From positions 1 to 64,000 of IMG/VR virus record IMGVR_UViG_2700989228_000034: a stretch of DNA of 64,000 bases; one strand, written 5' to 3'. Positions within the stretch are counted from its first letter, which is position 1. Each line of letters starts with the position of its first letter. The notes under the pieces were generated by a model. The model was not told the origin of the DNA. It worked only from the letters and a program-made list of their open reading frames with translations, and made no database searches. This DNA is from a virus. The translations under genes were made by a program, and so were the position numbers. Positions 17,056 to 26,208 of this stretch are shown piece by piece.

Positions 17056-18039
17056 ATGATAGGTAAAGGCAGCAAATCAAAAGAACCTTATTTAAACTTG
17101 AGTAATTTAACTCAAGCTGATATTGCTGCTTACTACTTAAATATTAAGTCTATTCCTAGCTTAATACATAGTCCACTAAGGCAAGATACTAAGCCTTCTT
17201 TTGCTTTATACTGTCCTAAAGGTACTGAAGTTAATTATAGAGATTTCAGTACTGGAGAGTCAGGTACTATATGGACTTTATTAACCAAAATGTGGGACTG
17301 TAGTGTTGCTGAAGCAGCTGCTAGAGTATACAATGATTTAGGTGATAAGTCCTATGGTACTAAGGTTGGTGTTAGTAGTTTTGAGACAAGACATTGTAGG
17401 ATAAATACTCAAATTGACCTTCAATGTAAGGTAAGAGAATGGCGAGATTATGACTTAGAGTACTGGGGTTCTTATGGAATATCATTAAAATGGTTGAAAT
17501 ATGCAGATGTATATCCTATATCACATAAGATAGTTATCAAGGACAATAAGAGCTATGCTTTTGGAGCTGATAAATATGCCTATGCTTATGTAGAATTTAA
17601 AGAAGGAAGAACTACATTGAAAATATACCAACCATTTAACAAAAATGGTTTCAAATGGTCAAATAGACATGATAGGTCTGTTATTAGTCTATGGACAAAA
17701 GTGCCTAAGAAAGGAGATAAAATATGTATATGTTCATCCTTAAAAGATGCTTTATGTCTATGGGCTAATACAGGTATTCCATCTCTTGCCATTCAAGGTG
17801 AGGGCTATGGAATGAGCGATACTGCTATTAATGAACTAAAAAGAAGATTTAACAAAATCTACATCTGTCTTGATAATGATGAAGCTGGCTTAAAGGATGG
17901 AGTTCATTTAGCCAACAAAACAGGTTTTATTAATGTAGTAATTCCTCAATTCAAGGGTGGTAAGGACATCAGTGACCTATATAAGGTTCTAAGTAATAAG
18001 GAACAATTCAAACAAACAATTTTAAGTTTATTCAAATGA
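17056..18039 (+). CDS. DNA primase (Toprim domain)
   Basis: IYICLDNDEAG Toprim DxD motif; adjacent to the helicase and SSB genes. Confidence 0.55.
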   Translation: MIGKGSKSKEPYLNLSNLTQADIAAYYLNIKSIPSLIHSPLRQDTKPSFALYCPKGTEVNYRDFSTGESGTIWTLLTKMWDCSVAEAAARVYNDLGDKSYGTKVGVSSFETRHCRINTQIDLQCKVREWRDYDLEYWGSYGISLKWLKYADVYPISHKIVIKDNKSYAFGADKYAYAYVEFKEGRTTLKIYQPFNKNGFKWSNRHDRSVISLWTKVPKKGDKICICSSLKDALCLWANTGIPSLAIQGEGYGMSDTAINELKRRFNKIYICLDNDEAGLKDGVHLANKTGFINVVIPQFKGGKDISDLYKVLSNKEQFKQTILSLFK

Positions 18040-18293
18040 GTAGAAAAGAAATTTTTGCAAAGGTTAAAGAACTTAACCTTCAAGAGGAAATTGAAAAAAA
18101 GTATGGCGACCACTATACTAGAATAAGTAACACAAAACTTGAAGCTGTTATTGCAAAGCATACAGCTGAAACTTCAACTACAGGAGGAGTAGAGGATAGT
18201 TGTGGTAAGGGTTGTAAGTGTGATAGGCTCATTGAAATCTTGAGGAAGAAACACATTCTTCTTGATTCAGAGATGTCTTATATCAACTCTTAA
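18036..18293 (+). CDS. hypothetical protein
   Basis: 85-aa ORF. Confidence 0.3.
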   Translation: MSRKEIFAKVKELNLQEEIEKKYGDHYTRISNTKLEAVIAKHTAETSTTGGVEDSCGKGCKCDRLIEILRKKHILLDSEMSYINS

Positions 18294-18305
18294 CAAAGTA
18301 CTGGG

Positions 18306-18340
18306 TGAGTGGGATTTAAGTCCTACTCATCTTTTTTATT
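18306..18340 (+). terminator. rho-independent terminator
   Basis: 9-bp stem TGAGTGGGA/TCCTACTCA followed by TCTTTTTTATTT. Confidence 0.55.
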
Positions 18341-18350
18341 TCACTAAGAT

Positions 18351-20540
18351 ATGATAATAAATGCAGATAAAGGTAATATAAAAGTTTTAGGAGACATCCG
18401 AGAATTTAAGACCTCAATAGACCCAAAGAATCTTGAGTTTATTACCACATTATTGTCATCTAACTTATATTCTGACCCAGAACAATCATTCATTAGAGAG
18501 ATTGTTAGTAATGCTTGGGATAGTCATGTAGAAGCAGGAACAACAGATATTCCTGTTATTATCAGATTTAAGAGAAGTAATGATGATGGTTGTTGGGAAG
18601 TAACTATTAGAGACTTTGGTACAGGGCTTAGCCCAGAGAGATTCCAAGAAGTCTATTGCAATATTGGAAGTAGTACTAAGAGAGAAAGTAATGAGTTCAT
18701 TGGAGGTTTTGGTATTGGAAAGTACTCAAGTTTGGCTTGTACTAATACAGTATATATAACTTCTTATTATGAAGGTACAGCATTTCTCTATGTTATGGTT
18801 AAGAGTGGAAATACAATTACCACTAACTTAGTAATGAAAAAGCCAACAGAGGAAAAGAATGGTGTTGAAGTAACTATCAAGAACATACCTAATATAGTTC
18901 CATATAGGAAAGCCTTAAAGTATATAGTTTTCTTTCCTAATGTTTATGTTGATGGTATTGATAATAGATTAAATAACACTAAGCTTAAAAGATTCAATAA
19001 TTTCGCTGTAGCTTCAGAGCCTATAGATACTAAGATTCTTTTAGGTAATGTACTTTACCCTTGTAACACTAGACTTCTATCTATTACATCAGGGGACTTC
19101 TTAAAAAATATAGAATTCTCAGGAATTGTAATCAAGTTCAATGTTGGAGAGATAAGTATTACTCCTAATAGAGAGAATATCATTTATTCAAGTGATACAA
19201 TAAGCAAAATAGAAGATAGAATCAAGGCAGCTAAGGCTGAGCTGGATACTATGGTAAGTAATAAGTTTAGCAAAGACTATGATAATCTTTATGAATATTA
19301 TAAAGCAACATCAAATAAGATATGTTATAATCCTTTGGATGACTCTTATTACTGTATCAGAGGATACCCTTATTATAGAGAAAAAGGCTATTGTTCTGTC
19401 GTTGATTCTAGTACTCTAACATTTAAAGGTTCTACAATTCTTAGGGATTGTGAAGACTTCCTTAGCTCATTCTTTGGCATGAAACTTCCCAACTTTAAGG
19501 GATTATTCTATAATGATAGATTCTATCAAAATAAAATTCCATATAATGCACAGGATAGAACAAAAATGGGAGAAGCTTCAATTATTATGATTGAAAGCCC
19601 TAGATTAACAGCAGTAGCTAAGTCTTGGCTGCAAGATAACTATGACAAATATACTATAATTACTAGCTTTGACAAAGCTCAATTTACAAGTTATATAGAA
19701 GATAATGTCATAAACTTGAAATTTTCTCCATTTAAGAATGCACTTATAGACTATATGTATGACTACATTATGTCTAAAGTAAAAGTTATAAACTTAGATG
19801 CAAATGCTGAGTTTTTAGCTTATAAGGAGGAATTAAAGTCTAATAAAATACCTGTAGTTAAGATTAAAGACTTTATACTGTATATTCAGAAAAATCCTGA
19901 GTATAGAGAAAAAAGATACTTTAAGGACATTAATTGCTGTATAAAGTATATAAAGAGTCTAGAGAAAGGTGTTATACTTGCTGATATGAAGGAATCAGAC
20001 AGTTGGTATAGTATTGCAGAGGCTAGAGGATTTGTATTTATTAGAGCTAGAAAAGAGATAATAGATGCTTTTTATGAGCTTAAGCCAACATTCTTGGTTA
20101 ATAAAGACTGGGTGTTGAAAGAAGACCCTATTATAGTTAAACTTCATACAATAATTGAGTCTTTTAAGGGTGTAAGTATGCCAACTAACTATAGTGGCTC
20201 TGAAATGCTAAGCACTATTCCTATGCCATTGAAGAGTAAGTTCAAAGATATAATTGATTTCTATTATAGATATATTGGAAATAAAACTTATGTGGAAGTT
20301 GCAAGTAAATGCACAAAGATAGACTCTTATATTAAGGTAATCTGCGAGAAATTTAAGAGCCATATTGAGATATATAATAATCTTAGTAAGGAAGTTGAAC
20401 TTAAGATTGATGGAGAAGAATCTTTGAAAGGTTTACTTATGGCAGCAGTTATAGTTAAAAGCAAAGCTTATAGGATTAATCCTAAAATATATGACAAAGT
20501 AAAGAATAACAAACTTTTAAGAGTATTATGCAGAAAGTAA
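18351..20540 (+). CDS. GHKL-family (Hsp90/MutL/MORC-like) ATPase domain protein
   Basis: N-box REIVSNAWDSH; G1 IRDFGTGL; G2 GGFGIGKYSS; the remaining ~550 aa show no recognisable family signature. Confidence 0.55.
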   Translation: MIINADKGNIKVLGDIREFKTSIDPKNLEFITTLLSSNLYSDPEQSFIREIVSNAWDSHVEAGTTDIPVIIRFKRSNDDGCWEVTIRDFGTGLSPERFQEVYCNIGSSTKRESNEFIGGFGIGKYSSLACTNTVYITSYYEGTAFLYVMVKSGNTITTNLVMKKPTEEKNGVEVTIKNIPNIVPYRKALKYIVFFPNVYVDGIDNRLNNTKLKRFNNFAVASEPIDTKILLGNVLYPCNTRLLSITSGDFLKNIEFSGIVIKFNVGEISITPNRENIIYSSDTISKIEDRIKAAKAELDTMVSNKFSKDYDNLYEYYKATSNKICYNPLDDSYYCIRGYPYYREKGYCSVVDSSTLTFKGSTILRDCEDFLSSFFGMKLPNFKGLFYNDRFYQNKIPYNAQDRTKMGEASIIMIESPRLTAVAKSWLQDNYDKYTIITSFDKAQFTSYIEDNVINLKFSPFKNALIDYMYDYIMSKVKVINLDANAEFLAYKEELKSNKIPVVKIKDFILYIQKNPEYREKRYFKDINCCIKYIKSLEKGVILADMKESDSWYSIAEARGFVFIRARKEIIDAFYELKPTFLVNKDWVLKEDPIIVKLHTIIESFKGVSMPTNYSGSEMLSTIPMPLKSKFKDIIDFYYRYIGNKTYVEVASKCTKIDSYIKVICEKFKSHIEIYNNLSKEVELKIDGEESLKGLLMAAVIVKSKAYRINPKIYDKVKNNKLLRVLCRK

Positions 20541-21145
20541 TTAAGGTTGACAACAAAGTCACTGTCTTTCTTGAGAATGGAGAAATTGTAGAGAAAGAAG
20601 TTACTGAAGATGAGTTTAAGAAGGTTGTTGAAGCTCAAACAGATGAAGAAGTATTGAAACTTCTATGCCCAGAGTATCAAAAGAGTATAGAGTTACATAA
20701 CAATGCTTTGACTCTAATTGAGAAGATACAAAAGTCTAAGCTCCTCAGTATGAGAGGTGATGTTGTTTATTGGGAAGAAGTGTCTTGTCTTTCTGTGCCT
20801 GAAGAGCTTGTAAAAGCTATTATAAAGGCTGAGGAAGAGCACAATGAGTTGAAGATTTCTACTTATAGAAACTTCTGGACTCTTATGTCACTTAATCCTG
20901 ATGAAAGATGTAGGAAGAATCTATTTTGGTTCTTGCAGAAGTATGGTATGACCATTTCAAGATGTGGTTTCTTTGTTGGTTATAGAAATGTAGATAAAAC
21001 AGAGGAGGAGAATGTATTCACTGACCATCACTCCCACACTTTTAAGATTAGAATTGGTGAGATGGTTACTATGAACAGAAATAAATGTGATACTATACAG
21101 GAGAATACTTGTAGTACAGGGTTAGTGTGTAGCCCACTTTACTAG
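20528..21145 (+). CDS. hypothetical protein; probable N-terminal fragment of a gene split by a homing endonuclease insertion
   Basis: ends ...CSTGLVCSPLY followed by three in-frame stops (TAG TAA TAG); a diverged copy of the tail sequence (GDTGLACLINPA) lies 3' of the LAGLIDADG gene. Confidence 0.45.
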   Translation: MQKVIKVDNKVTVFLENGEIVEKEVTEDEFKKVVEAQTDEEVLKLLCPEYQKSIELHNNALTLIEKIQKSKLLSMRGDVVYWEEVSCLSVPEELVKAIIKAEEEHNELKISTYRNFWTLMSLNPDERCRKNLFWFLQKYGMTISRCGFFVGYRNVDKTEEENVFTDHHSHTFKIRIGEMVTMNRNKCDTIQENTCSTGLVCSPLY

Positions 21146-21434
21146 TAATAGTATTGTAAAATATTGAGTAAAATCGGTGAAATTATTTGGATAGTTGCAG
21201 AAAAGGTCGTATCTTTGCAGTATTAATGCAAAAGATATGGATTATTTGAAAATTTATTAAGAAGAGCATATTAAGAATAGGCTCTCTTATTCTCAAATTA
21301 GAGAAAAGTACAATATTTCTAGAGGAACATGGGATTATTGGATTAGACAAAAATTAGGTAAAAGTGCAGACCAAAGAAAGTATGTATGTAAAGATGATTT
21401 CTTTGATAATATAGACTCTGAAATAAAAGCCTAT

Positions 21435-22055
21435 TTGTTAGGCTTTTTGTATGCTGATGGTTATATATCAAATGATGGTAGAATAGGAATTTTATTGAAT
21501 GAAAAGGATGTAGAGATATTAGAACTTATTAAAAAATTTATAGCTCCAACATCTATTATTCAACATATAAATTACCAAAACATAAAAAGGAATCCTCAAG
21601 TAAAAATCAGGTTTAGGTCTAAAAGATTATATAAAAGATTACAAGAATTAGGCTTTACTACTGATAAGACACATACTAATTGTGATATTCTACTTAAAAT
21701 TCCATTCCAATATAAGAGAGACTTTATAAGAGGCTATACAGATGGTGACGGTTGCATTAGATTTGATAAGCAAGGAACTTGGTATAAATTAGGTATTACT
21801 TGGTGTAATGGAGTACCCAAAATATTAGAAGAAATACAGAAGTATTTTAATCAATGTAAAGGACATTTGCATCATATAAATAATTATTATACTTTATCCT
21901 ATGAAAAAAAGTCTGATGTTTTAATTATCTGTAAAAGTCTTTATGAAGGATGTACTTATTATTTGAGAAGAAAATACATAAATGCAATTAATAGTATTAA
22001 CTATTGTAACAATACCGAGCTAAAGCATAAAACTAAAGAGTTATGCTCAGTGTAA
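21435..22055 (+). mobile_element. LAGLIDADG homing endonuclease (two-motif)
   Basis: LLGFLYADGYI and IRGYTDGDGCI; the sense frame is open from 21261 without an ATG, so the real start is a non-ATG codon or undefined. Confidence 0.7.
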
Positions 22056-22346
22056 CGCATAGACAGTGAACCTTTAATGAAGAATATAATCTGTCCAAGA
22101 GTGCTCATACCCTACTTAACTGAGGGTGAAAATATATGCTGAACTATAGGGAAATCCAAATACCTATAGAATATAGAGATAAAAAGCTCTATAGATAACA
22201 AAATTGTACATATTGGAGGTAGAGGATGGCTGAAGAAGAATTACTATGGTGATACTGGATTAGCTTGTCTTATTAATCCTGCTGATGTAGTTGCTGTTCC
22301 TCCTTATGATGACTATGGAAAGCTTAGAACTTGTGCTTATCTTCCT

Positions 22347-22574
22347 ATGGATATTATACATTATGATAAAACATCAAATGTTATTCCATTGGATGTAGAA
22401 GATGGTTTTGACTGTAGTTATGTTACTAAGGTAATCTATGAAGGTACTATGGGAACAAAGGAAGATTCTACTTATAAGATTAATATTCCTGAGATACCTG
22501 GAATTACAGTTGAGAGCATACAGGATAAGCTTCTTGAGATTGCCAAGGAGTGTATTGTATGTAGAGAACTATGA
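22347..22574 (+). CDS. hypothetical protein; probable C-terminal fragment of the gene split by the LAGLIDADG insertion
   Basis: in-frame sense codons extend back to 22170 with no ATG and include DTGLACLINPADVV, which resembles the upstream ORF terminus. Confidence 0.4.
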   Translation: MDIIHYDKTSNVIPLDVEDGFDCSYVTKVIYEGTMGTKEDSTYKINIPEIPGITVESIQDKLLEIAKECIVCREL

Positions 22575-23248
22575 CAATAGATGAGTATTTTGGAGATTGG
22601 ATGAAAGTACTAGATAGAAATGAAACTATGAAGATAATGGGTTGGTTAAGAAACATTAATCAATCTACTCTATGTCCATCAATAAAAGATGTATTTAAGG
22701 CATTTAAGCTTTGTCCTTATAGTAATTGTAGAGTTATCTTTATAGGACAAGACCCATACCCTCAAAGAGGTGTGGCTCAAGGAGTTCTATTTGGTAATTC
22801 GTCTGATACTCCAGAAAATAAATTATCTCCTTCCTTGCAAATAATAAAAGAATCAGTTATAAATTTTGAGATTCCACATAATTTGATTACCTTTGACCTC
22901 ACTTTAGAGAGTTGGGCTAAACAAGGTATTCTTATGATTAATTCAGCATTGACTACAGAGGTTGGTAAAATAGGTGTTCACATGATGAAATGGAGACCCT
23001 TTATGATTGCTTTCTTAAAGCAGATGTCAATGATTAATCCAGGAATTATCTATGTTTTATTTGGTAGTCAAGCTCAGATATTAGAGCCTTATATCAATAG
23101 GAACAATTATGTGCTTAAAATTGAACATCCTGCATACTTTGCAAGGACAAATAAAAAGATGCCTTACCATATATGGAAGGATATAAATAAAATACTCTAT
23201 GACCTTTATGGAGAAAAGATAGAGTGGTTTAAAGAAGAAAAGTTTTAA
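22571..23248 (+). CDS. uracil-DNA glycosylase family-1-like protein
   Basis: VIFIGQDPYPQRGVAQGVLFGNS (GQDPY motif) and a C-terminal EHPAYFA (HPSPLS-like). Confidence 0.55.
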   Translation: MTIDEYFGDWMKVLDRNETMKIMGWLRNINQSTLCPSIKDVFKAFKLCPYSNCRVIFIGQDPYPQRGVAQGVLFGNSSDTPENKLSPSLQIIKESVINFEIPHNLITFDLTLESWAKQGILMINSALTTEVGKIGVHMMKWRPFMIAFLKQMSMINPGIIYVLFGSQAQILEPYINRNNYVLKIEHPAYFARTNKKMPYHIWKDINKILYDLYGEKIEWFKEEKF

Positions 23249-23263
23249 TTAAATACAAAGAAA

Positions 23264-23794
23264 ATGATGAAGTTTATTGTAGCCAAAAGTGGCAAAGAGA
23301 TTAATCCTGGTGATAAAATCCTTATTGTAGGAGCTGTAAATACTCCCGTTGGTATGATAAAAGCTCAGAAGATTGTTACTGTTACTAAAGAGCTTATGAG
23401 TAAGTTTATTAAGGATGGTAAAGTAAATGTAGTAGAGGAGAAGGACACTAACAAGATTTGGAGTAATGCTATTGAGAGTCTTTCTAAGAAAACTAATTGG
23501 AAGGAAGAGAAGCTTTTGAACATTCTTAATACTCTTCACCTTGCTAATCCTTGGGCTGCAACTCAGATGGTATTGAGAGAAATTGCCATTGAGCTTGATA
23601 AAAAGTATGATGACCACATCAATAAGAGTGAGAAGATTTATGCTATCTCTCCTCAGGATGGAAGGATTCATGAAATCAACAAGAAGACTGTAAAGAACTA
23701 CAAGGCATTCCCTGCTTTCAGAAGTATTGAAGATGCTAAGATTGCTTGTAGCCTTATCAGAGAGCATCTTAAATCAATTTTCAGTAATGCCTAA
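23264..23794 (+). CDS. hypothetical protein
   Basis: 176-aa ORF. Confidence 0.35.
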   Translation: MMKFIVAKSGKEINPGDKILIVGAVNTPVGMIKAQKIVTVTKELMSKFIKDGKVNVVEEKDTNKIWSNAIESLSKKTNWKEEKLLNILNTLHLANPWAATQMVLREIAIELDKKYDDHINKSEKIYAISPQDGRIHEINKKTVKNYKAFPAFRSIEDAKIACSLIREHLKSIFSNA

Positions 23795-24326
23795 AAGTAA
23801 TAAGAAAATCAGAAATGCCACAGAGTGCAAGTCTGGTAATCTGACCTTTAAATCCCAGCTTGAAAAGAGTGTTTACAATACTCTTGTAGAGCAGGGGTTT
23901 AACCCACAATATGAATATAAAACCTATACATTATGGGGTGGATTTATTCCTTTAACTCCATTCTATGATAAAGAAACAGATGCTCAACAAGCTAAAAGAA
24001 TTGAAGGTGGTAGCACTGTAAAGAATAAGATATTGGTATTAAAGACAGGTAAGATTGTTGGTATCAGATATACACCAGACTTCTACTTTAGGTATGGTAA
24101 ATTAGATGTATATATTGAAGCTAAGGGTATAGAGAATGATGTCTTCTACATAAAGAAGAAGTTGTTTAGAAAATACCTAGATGACTGGTTTATTAAGACT
24201 AAACAACATTCAATATACTTCGAGATATACACTAAGAAACAGCTACTTCAAGCTATAGAAATAATCAAGGAGTATGAACCAACTTTATCAAAGGATTCAA
24301 CAGAATCTACAATGTCTACCACCTAA
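23787..24326 (+). CDS. T7 endonuclease I-like Holliday-junction resolvase (PD-(D/E)xK)
   Basis: IRYTPDFYFRYGKLDVYIEAKG resembles T7 gp3 YTPDFLLPNGIFVETKG (recalled from memory); KSVYNTLVEQGFNPQYEYK resembles SKQLESKGIKFEYE; start taken at MPKSNKK (the track gives 23727). Confidence 0.6.
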   Translation: MPKSNKKIRNATECKSGNLTFKSQLEKSVYNTLVEQGFNPQYEYKTYTLWGGFIPLTPFYDKETDAQQAKRIEGGSTVKNKILVLKTGKIVGIRYTPDFYFRYGKLDVYIEAKGIENDVFYIKKKLFRKYLDDWFIKTKQHSIYFEIYTKKQLLQAIEIIKEYEPTLSKDSTESTMSTT

Positions 24327-24558
24327 GGATGTAGAACTATGTAATCAATTCTTAAGGAATAGACAATTCGAGAATCTTCGTGAAATAGTAGAATCTTGTC
24401 TTGTTATGAAGAAGAGAGATGATTGCAGAGATGTGCATAAAGATAAGTGGTTAAATGTGGATAGAAGTCAGTTAGAGCAGCTAACTCTTGATATAAGAGA
24501 ATATACCTCTTACTTGGATTTATCTGATATTTTTAATGACTTAGAAGAGGAATTTTAA
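24274..24558 (+). CDS. hypothetical protein
   Basis: 94-aa ORF overlapping the previous gene; the true start may be the internal ATG. Confidence 0.3.
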   Translation: MNQLYQRIQQNLQCLPPKDVELCNQFLRNRQFENLREIVESCLVMKKRDDCRDVHKDKWLNVDRSQLEQLTLDIREYTSYLDLSDIFNDLEEEF

Positions 24559-25160
24559 TGGAAAGAAAAAGCTTAAGAGACATATCTTGGCAAGGAAAGA
24601 CCTTTAGAATTATTCCTAATATAGATAGCTATGCTATTTCTAAAGATGGAGATGTTTTAGCTCTTCCTAAAGTAAGAGATGGGGAATTGTCTCAGCTAAA
24701 TAACATGATTGGCAGAAAGGGTAAATCTCAAAGAAGGTACAAAGCTAGAATTATTAAACCATCTTTTAAGGCAAAGTATTGGTATGTAAATCTTATGCAC
24801 AACGGAATTAAGAAGGACTATAGAGTTCATAGGCTAGTGTATATAGTCTATATTGGTTATATTCCAGATGATAGGGTTATAGACCATATTGATGGTAACA
24901 CTTCTAATAATAATCTTTCAAATTTGAGATGTGTAACTCAGTCTGAAAATTGTCAAAATCCTAATACTTTAAGAAAAAGATTTAAAGCTGTTTTGAAAAT
25001 TGACAAGACCTCTAAGGATATAATAGAAGAATATCAATCTATCAGAGATGCCATATTATCTTTAGGGATTCCCTATAACTCAGGAATGTCATCTCATATA
25101 GGTGATGTTTGTAAAGGAAAACGAAAATCTTGTTATGGATATGAGTGGAAATGGAAATAG
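24558..25160 (+). mobile_element. HNH homing endonuclease (NUMOD4-like + HNH_3)
   Basis: YRVHRLVYIVYIGY..DHIDGNTSNNNLSNLRCVTQSEN. The first 10 codons MERKSLRDIS duplicate the 5' end of the downstream gene (NRKSLKDIS). Confidence 0.7.
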
Positions 25161-26208
25161 AAAATCATTAAAAGATATATCTCTGAATATATCTGAAGAA
25201 GAATATAGAGCAGACCCTGCCTTGTCATATAGTACTTTAGCACGCTATGAAAGAGAAGGATTTAATAACCTAGACAAGCTATTTGATAGGATAGAAACTC
25301 CTTCTCTTGTTTTTGGCTCTTGTGTTGATACTCTTATCACTTGTAATGAAGAAGAATTTAATCAACTATTTATGGTAGCAGAGCTTGACAATAGTCTTTC
25401 AGATACTCTTGTTATCATTGTTAAGAAGCTGTTTAATGACTTCAAGGATAAATACCATGTACTAAAGGATATTCCTGATAATGATATTATAATATCTATT
25501 GAAGATATACAGTGGAATAATCATTGGTTACCAAAGACAAGAGTTAAGAAGATTAAAGAAGATTGTGCTGGATACTACGGTCTATTATACTTAGCTGATG
25601 GAAAGAAAATTATCAGTACTCAGACTTATAATGATGTTCAAAATACTGTAGATAAGCTTAAGACTTCTGATGCAACCAAATTCTACTTTGAACCAGACAG
25701 TATGTTTGATGATAGTATACAAAGGTTTTATCAGTTAAAGTTTAAAGCAACTTTTAATGGTATTAACTACAGATGTATGGCTGATGAGATAATTGTATTT
25801 CATGATAAAAAATTAGTTGTCCCTGTAGATTTGAAGACTAGTTCTAAAACAGAGTGGGATTTCTATAAGAGCTTCTTTATTGATTGGAGATATGATATTC
25901 AAGGTAGATTATACTGGAGAATAATCAGAGATAACATGAATAGAGACCCTTATTTTAAGGATTTCAAGTTAGCTCCATTCAAGTTCATAGTAGCTAACAA
26001 GAGAACTTTAACCCCACTTGTATGGAACTTTAAATCAACTGAAGCTATGGGAGACTTAACATTTGGCAAGAATGGACAGATAATTCTTAGAGACCCATTT
26101 ACAATAGGTGAGGAACTATCACATTATCTAAAGGATAAACCTACTGTTCCAGATGGTATAAGTAAGGTAAATCCTAATCAACTTGAAGATTGGATTAATA
26201 AAATATGA
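25135..26208 (+). CDS. putative PD-(D/E)xK nuclease (exonuclease-like)
   Basis: IIVFHDKKLVVPVDLKTSSK is a D..(D/E)xK-like core; start taken at MDMSGNG (the track gives 25102). Confidence 0.3.
   Translation: MDMSGNGNRKSLKDISLNISEEEYRADPALSYSTLARYEREGFNNLDKLFDRIETPSLVFGSCVDTLITCNEEEFNQLFMVAELDNSLSDTLVIIVKKLFNDFKDKYHVLKDIPDNDIIISIEDIQWNNHWLPKTRVKKIKEDCAGYYGLLYLADGKKIISTQTYNDVQNTVDKLKTSDATKFYFEPDSMFDDSIQRFYQLKFKATFNGINYRCMADEIIVFHDKKLVVPVDLKTSSKTEWDFYKSFFIDWRYDIQGRLYWRIIRDNMNRDPYFKDFKLAPFKFIVANKRTLTPLVWNFKSTEAMGDLTFGKNGQIILRDPFTIGEELSHYLKDKPTVPDGISKVNPNQLEDWINKI

Noticed and set aside
21213-21234. Hairpin TTTGCA-gtattaa-TGCAAA after the 205-aa ORF as a terminator
   Set aside because: The stem is only 6 bp and AT-rich, and no T-run follows. 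It could be part of an endonuclease-associated structure, but the evidence is too weak for a terminator call.
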